Positions 1 to 9,871 of a DNA stretch of 64,000 nucleotides are shown here, piece after piece (positions within the stretch are counted from its first letter, which is position 1; every line of letters begins with the position of its first letter). This DNA is from Chloroflexota bacterium (GTDB lineage Bacteria > Chloroflexota > Limnocylindria > Limnocylindrales > CSP1-4): assembly GCA_025935925.1 (NCBI GenBank), contig JAICUI010000001.1:77605-141604 (forward strand), read 5' to 3'. The notes under the pieces are model-generated. The model saw nothing but the letters and a program-made list of their open reading frames with translations, was not told where the DNA came from and made no database searches. A program made the translations under genes and the position numbers.

Positions 1-246
1 CTCCTCGAGGAGCTGACCGACCGCCAGCGCGAGGTTGCCCGGCTGATCCTCGTCGAGGACCTGCGGCGCGCCGAGGCGGCCGAGCGGCTCGGCGTCAGTC
101 GCGCGACGGTCTCGGTGATCGCGGCGCGCGCCCGTGTCCGGCATATCGCGGCGCTGGCCACGGCCCTCGCCCGGACGTTCCGGGAGGGCGTCGAGCGCGC
201 GTCATCGGCCGCCGCGGAGTCGCCGATGCCCGCCGGTGCCGCATGA
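1..246 (+). CDS. C-terminal fragment of an HTH protein, probably SatD-family (5' end outside window)
   Basis: Frame 1 is open from base 1: LLEELTDRQREVARLILVEDLRRAEAAERLGVSRATVS (sigma70 r4-like HTH). The TGA at 244-246 overlaps the ATG of DUF3307 (ATGA). SatD + DUF3307 is a known gene pair. Confidence 0.6.
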   Translation, partial: LLEELTDRQREVARLILVEDLRRAEAAERLGVSRATVSVIAARARVRHIAALATALARTFREGVERASSAAAESPMPAGAA

Positions 247-1367
247 CCGACACGGTCCTCATCCTGGCGTGGCTCGTGCTCGCGCACCTGGTCGCGGACT
301 TCGTCCTCCAGAACGACTGGATCGCGATCAACAAGGCGACCGGCGGCCGGAACGGCTGGGCCGCGCTGAGCGTGCACGGGTTCCACGTCGGCCTGTGCCT
401 GCTGCCGGTCATCGTCGCGTACGGCCTGCGCGGCCTCGTGTACCTCGTGGTCGTCGTGGGGACGCACATGGCGGTCGATCGCTGGAAGGTCCTTGCGACC
501 CGGAGGTCCGAGAAGCAGGCGCTCGAGGGGGCGCGGCGCCGGCATGCCGGGAAGCCCGATTCCACGCCGTCGGGGCTCGGCGTGGCATGGACGCCGTGGC
601 CCGGGATGCTGTTCGCGGCCGACCAGGCGCTGCACCTGACGATCGCGCTCGTCGGCTGGCTCGTCGTGCTTCAGGCTGCCACGCTGACGACCGTGTGGGT
701 CGACGTCGTCAACCGGGTCATCGGCAGCTTCGATCCGGCCACCGTTCACGCCGTCGTCCTGACGGGTGTCGTGCTCGTGTCGCTGTTCCTCGTCAACACG
801 CGGGCCGCGTACTACTTCGTGCTGGCGCTGGTATCGCCGCGCGAGATCCCCGAGACGTCGAAGGACCCGGCTGACGTGCAGCCCGTTGCGCCGCCGCCCG
901 AGCCCTCGGGGGTTCCGGAGCCCGTCGCGGCGCTGGCCGCCGTGGTATCCGGCGCCGTGGGGCAGGTCACGTCGGGTGCGGGTGGCGTCGCGGCGCCGGT
1001 CGCGGCCGCGAACGGCAACGGCAACGGCACCGCGCCCGACGGCGGCGGGGTCGGCGTCATGGCGGCGCCCGTGCGGCAGGCCGTGGTGGTCGCGGGCCCA
1101 CCCGCCCCGACGGCGCTGCCGAGCGGGGCGCCGGCGAGGATCGGCGCGACCATCGGTGCGTTCGAGCGGCTGCTGATCGTCGGCTTCATCCTGGTCAACG
1201 CGACGGCCGCCGTGGGCTTCGTCATCGCGGCCAAGACGATCGCCCGCTTCAAGCAGCTCGACGACCGCGGCTTCGCCGAGTACTACCTGCTCGGGACCCT
1301 CGCGAGCGTGACGGTGGCGATCGGCAGCGCGATCGTGGCGCAGGCGGCGCTGAACACCATCCCGTAG
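243..1367 (+). CDS. DUF3307 family membrane protein
   Basis: Motifs LAHLVADFVLQ, HxxVD, DQALH, IGAFERLLI, AAKTIARF, AEYYLLGTLAS; several TM helices; Pro/Ala/Gly-rich insert. Confidence 0.85.
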   Translation: MTDTVLILAWLVLAHLVADFVLQNDWIAINKATGGRNGWAALSVHGFHVGLCLLPVIVAYGLRGLVYLVVVVGTHMAVDRWKVLATRRSEKQALEGARRRHAGKPDSTPSGLGVAWTPWPGMLFAADQALHLTIALVGWLVVLQAATLTTVWVDVVNRVIGSFDPATVHAVVLTGVVLVSLFLVNTRAAYYFVLALVSPREIPETSKDPADVQPVAPPPEPSGVPEPVAALAAVVSGAVGQVTSGAGGVAAPVAAANGNGNGTAPDGGGVGVMAAPVRQAVVVAGPPAPTALPSGAPARIGATIGAFERLLIVGFILVNATAAVGFVIAAKTIARFKQLDDRGFAEYYLLGTLASVTVAIGSAIVAQAALNTIP

Positions 1368-1376
1368 CGGGCGAGG

Positions 1377-3413
1377 TCAGACGAGGCGGCGGAGGATGCG
1401 CTCCTGCCACTCCCTCGCGAAGAAGGGCTCGCCGTCGAGGCGGACGTCCAGCGTGACGCCGACGTCGAACGCCTCCGCGTCCGAGACGATCCTGCCGCGT
1501 GCCCGGATATCCGCCTCGGACCCGAAGCCCGACCAGCGGTACACGACGTCGCTGTCGAGCGACGTGTGCGCGGGGTCGGGGTCCGAGGCCGTGAGGACCA
1601 GGCGCTCCGAGCTGTAGAGCCGCGAGCCGTCCTCCTGGGTGCTCGCGCCGCCCTCGAAGATCGTCACGGTCACCGTCCCGTGGAGGACGTCCTCCTCGAT
1701 CCGCCACTCCGGCTCGTCCTCCTCGGACGCGCCGACCTCGCGCATGGGCGAGGGCTCGGCACGGAACGCGGGCACCGGCGCGTCGACGACGTCGTCGGGC
1801 AGCACCGGCAGCTCGAGGCGCGACGGCGTCGAGCCGCCGAGGTGGACGCGCACCTCGCCTGCGAACGGCGATGGCCACAGGACCGGCCAGGACGAGGTGA
1901 GGATCGTGAGCCGGATCCGGTTGCCCGCCGTGAACCGGTAGCCCGACGTCCGGAGCGGCACGCGGACCTCGGTTGCGACCTCGGGAACCGGCGAGGGATC
2001 CGTGTCGCCGTCCCGGTGCGTCAGGTTCAGAACACCGGTCGCCACGAGCGATGACGCTCCCGTCATCGCGTCGACCTCCGACAGCCGCGCGACGACCGTC
2101 GCGACCGGCATCGACGCGGAGACGGAGAGCACTGCCTGCGGGACGCCGATGAGCGAGAAGCCGGTCTCGAGGGGCTCCGAGGTGTACGCGAGCCCGCGGG
2201 CCTCGTCGGGGCGCAGATCGCGGGCGAGCCCGTTGGGCGCCGAGCCCGCACCCCAGGACAGCGCGCCGCTCGTGCCGACGGTGGCCCGATGCGCGACCGC
2301 GTCCACGGATGGACGAGCCGGCGACACGCCCAGCCGGCCACGGTCCAGGATCAGGGTCCGCGTCGCGGCGCCGGCCACGGGGAAGGCACCCGCCGCACGC
2401 CACCGCCCCGGCCACGCGACGGGGAACGGCTCCGGGGCCGCGTACTCGCGCTCGAACCACACGATCGCCGGCTCGTCCTCCCAGCCGTTGTCGACGCCCT
2501 TGAGGTAGCGGTCGAAGAAGCGGACGAGCTCGTGCATCCAGTCGACGTTCGGGCCCGGGTAGGCATCGTCGGGGTACGAGTGGACCCAGTTGCCGACGAG
2601 CGTGCGGACCGAGACCGCCATCCGGCAGCGCTCCTGGATCCGGAACGCCGCGGCGACGTACGCGTCCGACCAGCCCGCCACCTGGAAGACCGCGCACTCG
2701 AGCGCGTCGTAGTCGGGCGCGAGCGACCCGCGCCGCCAGTAGGGCCCGTCGAGCTGCTCGCGGATCCAGGGGAACAGCCACGGCGGCGTCTGCTCGAGGC
2801 GCGCGAGCCAGTCGGCCTTCCAGGTGGAGCCCCGGAACGGCGGATGCGGCGGCATCGCGTTCATCCCCAGCTGGCTCACGGCGTACTGGCACTTCTCGCT
2901 CGCGGTGACGCAGCCGCCGCGGATGTGGACGTCGTCGCGATACCGGTCGTCGGTGGCGTACATCGGCAGGATCGCTCGCAGGTGCGGCGGGCGACGCTTC
3001 GCGACCTGGATCGACGTGAACCCGCCGTACGAGATGCCCCACATGCCGACGTCGCCGGTGCACCAGGGCTGGGTCGCCAGCCACTCGACCGCGTCGTACC
3101 CGTCGATGGTCTCGGCCTCGGTGTACTCGTCGAGCGCGATGCCCTCCGAAGAGCCCGTGCCGCGGACGTCGAGCCGGCACAGCGCGAAGCCCCGCGCGGC
3201 CAGCCACTCGCCGCGCGCCGTGTCCGTGTTCCGGCGCCAGCTGTCCTTGCCGTACGGGATCATCTCCAGGATGACCGGGAACCGCTCGTCCACGGCATCC
3301 GGCCGAGGCCGCGGCAGCCACAGGTTGGCCGACAGCGCGATGCCGTCCCGGGCCGGGATCCGGACATCCCAGCGGACCTCGGCGTCGTACACCGGCTCGC
3401 TGACCTCGGGCAT
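1377..3413 (-). CDS. CocE/NonD family hydrolase (X-Pro dipeptidyl-peptidase-like, S15)
   Basis: IPARDGIALSANLWLP, PYGK, DVRGTGSSEG, nucleophile GISYGG, C-terminal PepX-like domain. Confidence 0.93.
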   Translation of the reverse strand: MPEVSEPVYDAEVRWDVRIPARDGIALSANLWLPRPRPDAVDERFPVILEMIPYGKDSWRRNTDTARGEWLAARGFALCRLDVRGTGSSEGIALDEYTEAETIDGYDAVEWLATQPWCTGDVGMWGISYGGFTSIQVAKRRPPHLRAILPMYATDDRYRDDVHIRGGCVTASEKCQYAVSQLGMNAMPPHPPFRGSTWKADWLARLEQTPPWLFPWIREQLDGPYWRRGSLAPDYDALECAVFQVAGWSDAYVAAAFRIQERCRMAVSVRTLVGNWVHSYPDDAYPGPNVDWMHELVRFFDRYLKGVDNGWEDEPAIVWFEREYAAPEPFPVAWPGRWRAAGAFPVAGAATRTLILDRGRLGVSPARPSVDAVAHRATVGTSGALSWGAGSAPNGLARDLRPDEARGLAYTSEPLETGFSLIGVPQAVLSVSASMPVATVVARLSEVDAMTGASSLVATGVLNLTHRDGDTDPSPVPEVATEVRVPLRTSGYRFTAGNRIRLTILTSSWPVLWPSPFAGEVRVHLGGSTPSRLELPVLPDDVVDAPVPAFRAEPSPMREVGASEEDEPEWRIEEDVLHGTVTVTIFEGGASTQEDGSRLYSSERLVLTASDPDPAHTSLDSDVVYRWSGFGSEADIRARGRIVSDAEAFDVGVTLDVRLDGEPFFAREWQERILRRLV

Positions 3414-3461
3414 CGACGGAGTCTAGAGGCGCCGCGCGGCACAGCGGGTACCGTGGTGCGG

Positions 3462-4049
3462 ATGCCCGAACTGCCCCAGCCGCCCGAACCGTTCGAGCCC
3501 GTCGACGTCGGTCCGTGGCGCCGCCGGTCGCGCCGCGTCGCCTACGAGAACCCATGGATCCGGATCGACCACGACGAGGTCGTCCGACCGGACGGCAGCC
3601 CGGGCATCTATGGCGTCATCCACTTCAGCAACGCGGCGATCGGCGTGGTGGCCGTGGGCGGTGACGGCCGGATCCTGCTCGTGGGCCAGCACCGGTATCC
3701 GCTCGATCGCTACAGCTGGGAGCTGCCGGAGGGCGGCTCGCCGCTCGACGAGGAGCCGGAGGAGGGCGCGCGCCGCGAGCTGGCGGAGGAGACCGGCTAC
3801 GAGGCCGGCTCGATCCGCGAGCTGTTCCGGTTCTCGCTGTCGAACTCCGTCAGCGACGAGATCGGGGTGATCTACCTCGCGACCGAGCTCGTCGAGGGGG
3901 AGGCGCACCCGGAGCCGACCGAGGACCTGACGGTCCGCTGGGCGACGCTGGACGAGGTGCTGGCGGAGATCGACGCCGGCGACATCCACGACCTCATGAC
4001 GATCGCCGGCGTGTCGCGCTACGCGGTCGAGGCCCGCGTCACGCGATGA
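3462..4049 (+). CDS. NUDIX hydrolase (ADP-ribose pyrophosphatase-like)
   Basis: Nudix box WELPEGG...EEGARRELAEETG; QHRYP; TACCGT -10 lies 7 nt before the ATG. Confidence 0.9.
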   Translation: MPELPQPPEPFEPVDVGPWRRRSRRVAYENPWIRIDHDEVVRPDGSPGIYGVIHFSNAAIGVVAVGGDGRILLVGQHRYPLDRYSWELPEGGSPLDEEPEEGARRELAEETGYEAGSIRELFRFSLSNSVSDEIGVIYLATELVEGEAHPEPTEDLTVRWATLDEVLAEIDAGDIHDLMTIAGVSRYAVEARVTR

Positions 4050-4401
4050 CCGTGCCCTGGTGATACAGGGCCACCCAGTTCTCGCCGGCGCGCCGCCAGA
4101 CCGTGACCCGGCGGCTCAGCCGGTCCGACTGCCGGAGGCGGTACGTGACGAGCCAGATCCCGTCGCCGATGGCCCGGCAGGCGAAGTCGTCGAGGTCGAG
4201 GCCGGCCATCGGGACGTAGTGCGGGTCCGCATAGCGGTGCTCGAGCGTGTCGAGCACGTCGTCGCGTGCGTAGATCGCGCCCGAGGCGCCCACCTCCCAG
4301 AACGTGTCCGCGATCATCGCCGCGAACGCGGCGCGGGTCGTGCCCGGCGGCGCTCGATGGAAGATCGGCTCGAGGTCGCGGAGCTCGGCGTCGGCGTCCA
4401 T
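4039..4401 (-). CDS. DUF4440 / NTF2-like protein
   Basis: LEPIFHR...FWEVGASG...RRVTVWRR...WVALYHQGT; TAGACT -10 just upstream. Confidence 0.8.
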   Translation of the reverse strand: MDADAELRDLEPIFHRAPPGTTRAAFAAMIADTFWEVGASGAIYARDDVLDTLEHRYADPHYVPMAGLDLDDFACRAIGDGIWLVTYRLRQSDRLSRRVTVWRRAGENWVALYHQGTVIA

Positions 4402-4578
4402 CGGCGTCGAGTCTAGGACCGCCTGAGCACGGAACGCACGGCCCGCACGCCGAGCCAGTCCCGGGCCCGATCGCCCCCGGGACCGTCGAGGATCACGGTC
4501 CTCGGGCTGGACATCGCGGCTCGGACGTCGTCGGCGCGGCCGGCGTGCCAGCCCCGTCGCGCAGGTGGCGCGCCCGTA

Positions 4579-4610
4579 CGATGACGCGAGTGTCATCGCA
4601 GCCGGAAGGT
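4579..4610. repeat. REP-like hairpin motif, copy 1
   Basis: CGATGAC-GCGAGT-GTCATCG stem. GCGAGTGTCATCGCAGCCGG (4586-4605) matches 28963-28982 at 19/20. Confidence 0.55.
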
Positions 4611-4809
4611 ACTCCGGAACGTCGATCGAACGCCTGGATGCCGCGTTCCGCGCCGACCGTCCCGCGCTGCGCGAGCGCCGCCCGGCGCGGTGACCCATAT
4701 TTGCGACGCCCCGCGCGCTGTGCCACGCTCCGCGCTGACCTGTCGCCCCATGGCGCCCGCCGCCGTCCCGCTGGGTCGCGACGGGTCGAGGACTCGAGGA
4801 GGAGACCCG

Positions 4810-6756
4810 ATGTCCCAGCCCACGCGCACGAGGCTCGTGCGCCTGGCCGGTGCGATCGCGCTCGGCGCGTCGCTCCTGCTGCCCACCGCGGCGCCCGCCG
4901 GGGCCGCGGATCCCGTCGTCCTGACGGTCGGCACGACCCAGGACCTGGACGCGTCCAACCCGTTCAACACCGCGCTCGTGAGCGGGTACGAGGTCTTCCA
5001 GCTGACCTACAACCTGCTGGTCGAGTTCGACAAGGACGCGCATCCGGCGCCGGGCTTCGCCGACTCCTGGGAGCGGTCGCCCGACAAGGTCACGTTCCAC
5101 ATCCGGGACGGGATGACGTTCTCCGACGGCAGCGCGGCGACCTCCAAGGACGTGTGCTTCTCGTGGGGCCTCGCGATGGACGCGATCAAGCACGACGCGA
5201 ACATCGGCTACGGCTACCTCGACCCGGGCGTCAAGGACGCCGGCGTGACGAAGATCGAGTGCCCGGACCCGAGCACGTTCGTCGCCTACACCACCGACCA
5301 GTCCGACCGGATCTTCCAGGTGTACGTCCCGATCCTGCCGCAGCACGTCTGGAGCAAGTTCGACTACAAGTCCATCGCGGACCAGAAGTTCGACCCGCCG
5401 CTCGTCGGAAGCGGTCCGTACACGCTCCAGGAGTGGAAGACCGGCCAGTACGCGCGGTTCGTCCGCAACCCGAGCTACTGGGGCAACAAGGGTTTCGCGG
5501 ACGAGGTCGTCATCCGCTTCTTCCCGGACCAGACCGACGTCATGGTCCAGGCGTTGAAGTCCGGCGAGGTCGATTACGCGCACGACGTCAATCCGGACCA
5601 GTTCAAGGCGCTCGGCGCCGACCCGACGTACACCGCCGTGGCGGGCAAGGCGAACGGCTGGAGCCAGCTCGCGTTCAACACGTACGGCACCGGCACGGGC
5701 AAGACGATCAAGGACGGCGGACCGTCCACCAAGGCGCTCCTCGACCCGGCGTTCCGCGACGCGCTCGGCTACGCCGTCGACCGCCAGGCGCTCGTCGACC
5801 GCGTCCTCGGCGGCTACGGCGACGTGGGCACGACCATGGTGCCGCCCGTCCTGTCCGACTGGCACGTCGAGCCCGACCGTCCCCGCCACTTCGACATCGA
5901 GCTCGCGAAGCAGAAGCTCGACGCCGCGGGCTACAAGCTCGACGCGAACGGCAAGCGCCTCGACAAGGAGGGCAAGCCGATCACGCTCCGGCTCGACCAC
6001 CCGAACACGAACGACAGCTACGCGAAGTCGGCGCAGTTCGTGAAGGAGTGGTACGGCCAGCTGGGCATCGACGTGGTCGTCCAGAGCCTCGACAGCGACA
6101 CGCTGAGCAACCTCATCCTGCCGCCGCCCGACGGGAAGGCGGACTACGACATCGAGCTCTGGGGCTGGAGCGGCAACCCGGACCCGAACGGCCTCACGAT
6201 CGTGTTCCGGTGCGACCAGATCGACAACCTGTCGGACAGCCAGTACTGCAACCCGGACTACGACAAGCTGTACGACCAGAACACGCAGGAAGCGGGCGCC
6301 CAGCGCCACGACACCCTCGCGAAGATGCAGAACCTGATCTACGACGAGGCGCCGTACGACATCCTGTACTACGACTCGAACCTGGACGTGTATCGCAACG
6401 ACCGGTTCGCGGGCTGGCAGAACATGCCCGCCAACGGGACGCCGTTCTTCACCTACGGGCCGCTCGACTACACGCTCCTGACCGATGCCACCGCCGCGCC
6501 GTCGGCCACGCCGCCGCCGTCCGCCGACGCGGGCGCCAGCGCGAGCCCCGTGGCGGGGAGCCCGGCCGCCCCGACGACCGCGTCCGGGGCATCAGCGGCC
6601 CCGACCACGGCACCTTCCGGCGGCGAGTCGACCACCGGCTCGAGCTCCAACACGCCGTTGCTGCTCGGGGTGGTCGTGCTCGCGGTGATCGTCATCGTCG
6701 CCGGGTTCGTGTGGACGCGGCGGCGGCGCGCCGGGGGCGTCGACGACGACGAGTAG
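4810..6756 (+). CDS. Peptide/nickel ABC transporter substrate-binding protein (family 5) with C-terminal membrane anchor
   Basis: GGAGGAG RBS; signal peptide (AGA-ADP); FHIRDGMTFSDG; VGSGPY; Ser/Thr/Pro linker, TM helix and RRRR tail at the C-terminus. Confidence 0.92.
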   Translation: MSQPTRTRLVRLAGAIALGASLLLPTAAPAGAADPVVLTVGTTQDLDASNPFNTALVSGYEVFQLTYNLLVEFDKDAHPAPGFADSWERSPDKVTFHIRDGMTFSDGSAATSKDVCFSWGLAMDAIKHDANIGYGYLDPGVKDAGVTKIECPDPSTFVAYTTDQSDRIFQVYVPILPQHVWSKFDYKSIADQKFDPPLVGSGPYTLQEWKTGQYARFVRNPSYWGNKGFADEVVIRFFPDQTDVMVQALKSGEVDYAHDVNPDQFKALGADPTYTAVAGKANGWSQLAFNTYGTGTGKTIKDGGPSTKALLDPAFRDALGYAVDRQALVDRVLGGYGDVGTTMVPPVLSDWHVEPDRPRHFDIELAKQKLDAAGYKLDANGKRLDKEGKPITLRLDHPNTNDSYAKSAQFVKEWYGQLGIDVVVQSLDSDTLSNLILPPPDGKADYDIELWGWSGNPDPNGLTIVFRCDQIDNLSDSQYCNPDYDKLYDQNTQEAGAQRHDTLAKMQNLIYDEAPYDILYYDSNLDVYRNDRFAGWQNMPANGTPFFTYGPLDYTLLTDATAAPSATPPPSADAGASASPVAGSPAAPTTASGASAAPTTAPSGGESTTGSSSNTPLLLGVVVLAVIVIVAGFVWTRRRRAGGVDDDE

Positions 6757-6781
6757 CTCGCACCGGCCCGCCGTGCATCAC

Positions 6782-6814
6782 CGGGCGGGGGTCGCGTCCC
6801 GCGATCCCCGCCCG
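6782..6814 (+). other. Intercistronic stem-loop after the SBP gene (mRNA stabiliser or partial terminator)
   Basis: CGGGCGGGGGTCGCG-TCC-CGCGATCCCCGCCCG, a 15-bp stem with one G-U pair. Confidence 0.55.
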
Positions 6815-6834
6815 ATCGCGCCTCGCGGAGACGC

Positions 6835-7803
6835 GTGAGCGCGCACTACATCCTGCGCAAGCTCGTGCAGGCGATCCTCACGATCGTGGCGATCGTCGCG
6901 CTCAACTTCGTCCTGTTCCGGATGATGCCCGGGTCGCCGGAGCGCGCCACCAAGAACCCCCACCTGACGCCGGAGTTCATCGCCGCCGAGCGGGCCAAGT
7001 GGGGCCTGGACAAGCCGCTGTTCCCCGACCAGCTGGTGGCGTTCGCCATCTCGACCGCGCAGGGTGACCTCGGCTACTCGATCAAGTACCGGGGCCAGCC
7101 CGTCGTCGAGGTCGTGGCCGATGCCGCCGGCCCGACCGTGCTGCTGATCGGGATCGGCGAGGCGATCGCCATCGTCGTCGGCCTCTGGCTCGGAGCGAGA
7201 TCCGGCTGGCGGCGCGGCGGGGTCATGGACCGCATCGGGAACTCGCTGAGCCTGATCTTCTACTCGATGCCCTACTTCGTCATCGGCATGCCGCTGATCA
7301 TCATCTTCGCCGCGGGCCTGGGCTGGTTCCCCACCTCGGGCATGACGACGCCGGGCGGCGACAAGGGCCCGGCCGAGGCGCTGTTCGACCTCGGCCGCCA
7401 CCTCGTGCTGCCGGTCACGGCGGTGGCCCTCGGGCTCATCGGCGCGTACTCGATCCTGATGCGCTCGTCCATCGTCGAGACACGCTCCGAGGACTACATC
7501 ACCACCGCCCGGGCCAAGGGGCTGCCCGACGCGCTGGTGCTCCGGTCGCATGCCTTCCCGAACGCCCTGCTCCCGATGGTGACGCTCATCGCGATCAACC
7601 TCGGCTACGTCGTCGCCGGCGCGATCACCGCCGAGATCGTGTTCAACTGGCCCGGCCTCGGGCTGCTGACGGTCCAGGCGCTCGACGCCCGCGACTACCC
7701 GCTGCTGCAGGCGATCTTCCTGCTCATCGCGGTGTCGGTCGTGTTCGCGAACTTCGCGGCCGACATCGTGTACGGCTACCTCGACCCCCGGGTGCGCGCG
7801 TGA
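6835..7803 (+). CDS. ABC transporter permease (OppB/DppB-like)
   Basis: GDLGYS, EDYITTARAKGL EAA loop, FNWPGLG, RDYPLLQ, LDPRVR. Confidence 0.93.
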   Translation: MSAHYILRKLVQAILTIVAIVALNFVLFRMMPGSPERATKNPHLTPEFIAAERAKWGLDKPLFPDQLVAFAISTAQGDLGYSIKYRGQPVVEVVADAAGPTVLLIGIGEAIAIVVGLWLGARSGWRRGGVMDRIGNSLSLIFYSMPYFVIGMPLIIIFAAGLGWFPTSGMTTPGGDKGPAEALFDLGRHLVLPVTAVALGLIGAYSILMRSSIVETRSEDYITTARAKGLPDALVLRSHAFPNALLPMVTLIAINLGYVVAGAITAEIVFNWPGLGLLTVQALDARDYPLLQAIFLLIAVSVVFANFAADIVYGYLDPRVRA

Positions 7804-8753
7804 GCCTCCAGCCGATCGCCGGCACCACGGACCTCGGCGTCGGACGCTGGACGACGACCGGCCGCCGCGCGCGGACGTTCGTGGGCAGGCTCCTCGGCCG
7901 GACCGACGGCCTCGTCGGCGTCGTGATCCTCGCGTTCTTCACCGTGATCGCGCTGTTCCCGTCGGTGTTCGTCGGGCCGCTCGAAGGCGTCCTGTCCGCC
8001 ACCGGGCAGCCGCTCGACTCGCCGAGCCTGGCCTACCCGTTCGGCACCGACGAGCTGGGCCGCGACCTGCTCAACCTGACGGTGCACGGCGCCCGGATCT
8101 CGATGGTGATCGGCCTGCTGGCCACGATCATCACCGTCGTCATCGGGTCGACCGTCGGGATCGTCGCCGGGTACGTCGGCGGGGTCGTCGACAACGTCCT
8201 CATGCGGATCACGGACTTCTTCCTCGTCCTGCCGACGATCGTCCTCGCGCTGATCCTGGCGCCGATCATCCTCGACGTCATCGGCGCCCAGGCGGAGCTG
8301 TTCGGCATCCGGTCGACGCTGCTCGTCATCGTCATCGTCATCGGCCTCACGTCGTGGGCGACGACGGCGCGCGTGATCCGGAGCCAGGTGCTGTCCGTGA
8401 AGGAGCGGATGTTCGTGGACCGCGCGCGGGTCATCGGCTCCGGCGGCGGCCAGATCATGCGCCGGCACATCCTGCCCAACGTCGTGAACCTGATCGTCGC
8501 GCAGTCGGTCCTGACGTTTGCCACCGCCGTGTTCACCGAGACGACGCTCGCGTTCATCGGCCTCGGCGATCCGGCGGCGCCATCGTGGGGCCAGATCCTC
8601 AACAACGCGCAGTCCGCGGGGGCGCCGGGCCTCGGGGCGTGGTGGTACATCGTGCCGCCCGCGGCGGCCGTCGTCCTCGTCGTGCTCGCGTTCACGCTGC
8701 TCGGCAACGCGCTCGACGACGTGCTCAACCCGAAGATGCTCGGCCGGCGATGA
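7800..8753 (+). CDS. ABC transporter permease (OppC/DppC-like)
   Basis: PFGTDELGRD, GARISM, RHILPN, LAFIGLG...SWG; coupled by GTGA overlap. Confidence 0.93.
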   Translation: MSLQPIAGTTDLGVGRWTTTGRRARTFVGRLLGRTDGLVGVVILAFFTVIALFPSVFVGPLEGVLSATGQPLDSPSLAYPFGTDELGRDLLNLTVHGARISMVIGLLATIITVVIGSTVGIVAGYVGGVVDNVLMRITDFFLVLPTIVLALILAPIILDVIGAQAELFGIRSTLLVIVIVIGLTSWATTARVIRSQVLSVKERMFVDRARVIGSGGGQIMRRHILPNVVNLIVAQSVLTFATAVFTETTLAFIGLGDPAAPSWGQILNNAQSAGAPGLGAWWYIVPPAAAVVLVVLAFTLLGNALDDVLNPKMLGRR

Positions 8754-9871
8754 CGGGCGTCCGAGAGCCCGGCGCGGTGTCCGCGACGCGCGGGCGGCGG
8801 CAGGTGCCGCTGCCGAGGCTCGCCGACCCGGCCGCGCCGCTGCTGGTGGTCGAGGACCTCGCGGTCCGGTTCAGCCTGCCGTCGGGGAGCGTCAAGGCCG
8901 TCGACGGCGTGTCGTTCCGGCTCGACGACGGCGAGGCGCTGGGGATCGCGGGTGAGTCGGGTTGCGGGAAGACGACCACCGCGCTGTCGCTCGTCCGGCT
9001 GCTGCCGGCGAACGGGCGGATCCGGAGCGGCTCGGTGAAGCTGTTCGGGATCGATCTCGTGCCCAAGACCGAGAAGCAGCTCGCCCGCTACCGGTGGCGT
9101 GAGATCTCGATCGTGTTCCAGGGCGCGATGAACGCGCTGAACCCGGTGCGGCGCGTGGGCGACCAGATCGCCGAGCCGATCGAGGTCCGGCTCGGCCGGT
9201 CGCGGGACGCGTCGCGGAAGCGGGCCGCCGAGCTGCTGGACCTCGTCGGCATCCCCGGCCAGCGCGCGTCCGCGTACCCGCACGAGCTGTCGGGCGGGAT
9301 GCGCCAGCGGGCGATGATCGCCATGGCGCTCGCGTGCGACCCGGCGATCGTCATCGGCGACGAGCCCACGACGGCGCTCGACGTCATGGTCCAGGCCCAG
9401 ATCCTGCAGCTGCTGGAGCGGCTGCGACGCGAGCTCGGGCTGTCGCTGATTCTGATCACCCACGACCTGTCGGTGATCGCCGAGACGTGCGACCGCGTCA
9501 TGGTCATGTACGCGGGCAAGGTCGCCGAGGAGGGGCCGGTCACGCGCGTGTTCACGGCGCCCCGCCACCCGTACACGCAGAAGCTGCTGTCGTCGTTCCC
9601 GAACATCCACGCCGACCGGCGGACGCTCGACGTCATCCCCGGGCAGCCGCCCGACCTGCGGAACCCGCCGCCCGGCTGCCGGTTCGCGGCACGCTGCCCG
9701 TTCGTGATGGACGTGTGCCGCGAGGTCGTGCCGCCGGAGGTCACGTTCGGCGACGGCGTCCGGGTCGCGTGCCACCTCTACCCCGGTCGTGACGCGGCCG
9801 GGCCGCCACCCCGGGTCGTGGGCGCCACGCGGACGTGCGACGCCGCCAGCTCCACCGACCCGGCGCCATGA
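8750..9871 (+). CDS. ABC transporter ATP-binding protein (OppD-like)
   Basis: GESGCGKT, YPHELSGGMRQR, DEPTTALD, HPYT, GCRFAARC; ATGA overlap with the upstream stop. Confidence 0.93.
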   Translation: MTGVREPGAVSATRGRRQVPLPRLADPAAPLLVVEDLAVRFSLPSGSVKAVDGVSFRLDDGEALGIAGESGCGKTTTALSLVRLLPANGRIRSGSVKLFGIDLVPKTEKQLARYRWREISIVFQGAMNALNPVRRVGDQIAEPIEVRLGRSRDASRKRAAELLDLVGIPGQRASAYPHELSGGMRQRAMIAMALACDPAIVIGDEPTTALDVMVQAQILQLLERLRRELGLSLILITHDLSVIAETCDRVMVMYAGKVAEEGPVTRVFTAPRHPYTQKLLSSFPNIHADRRTLDVIPGQPPDLRNPPPGCRFAARCPFVMDVCREVVPPEVTFGDGVRVACHLYPGRDAAGPPPRVVGATRTCDAASSTDPAP

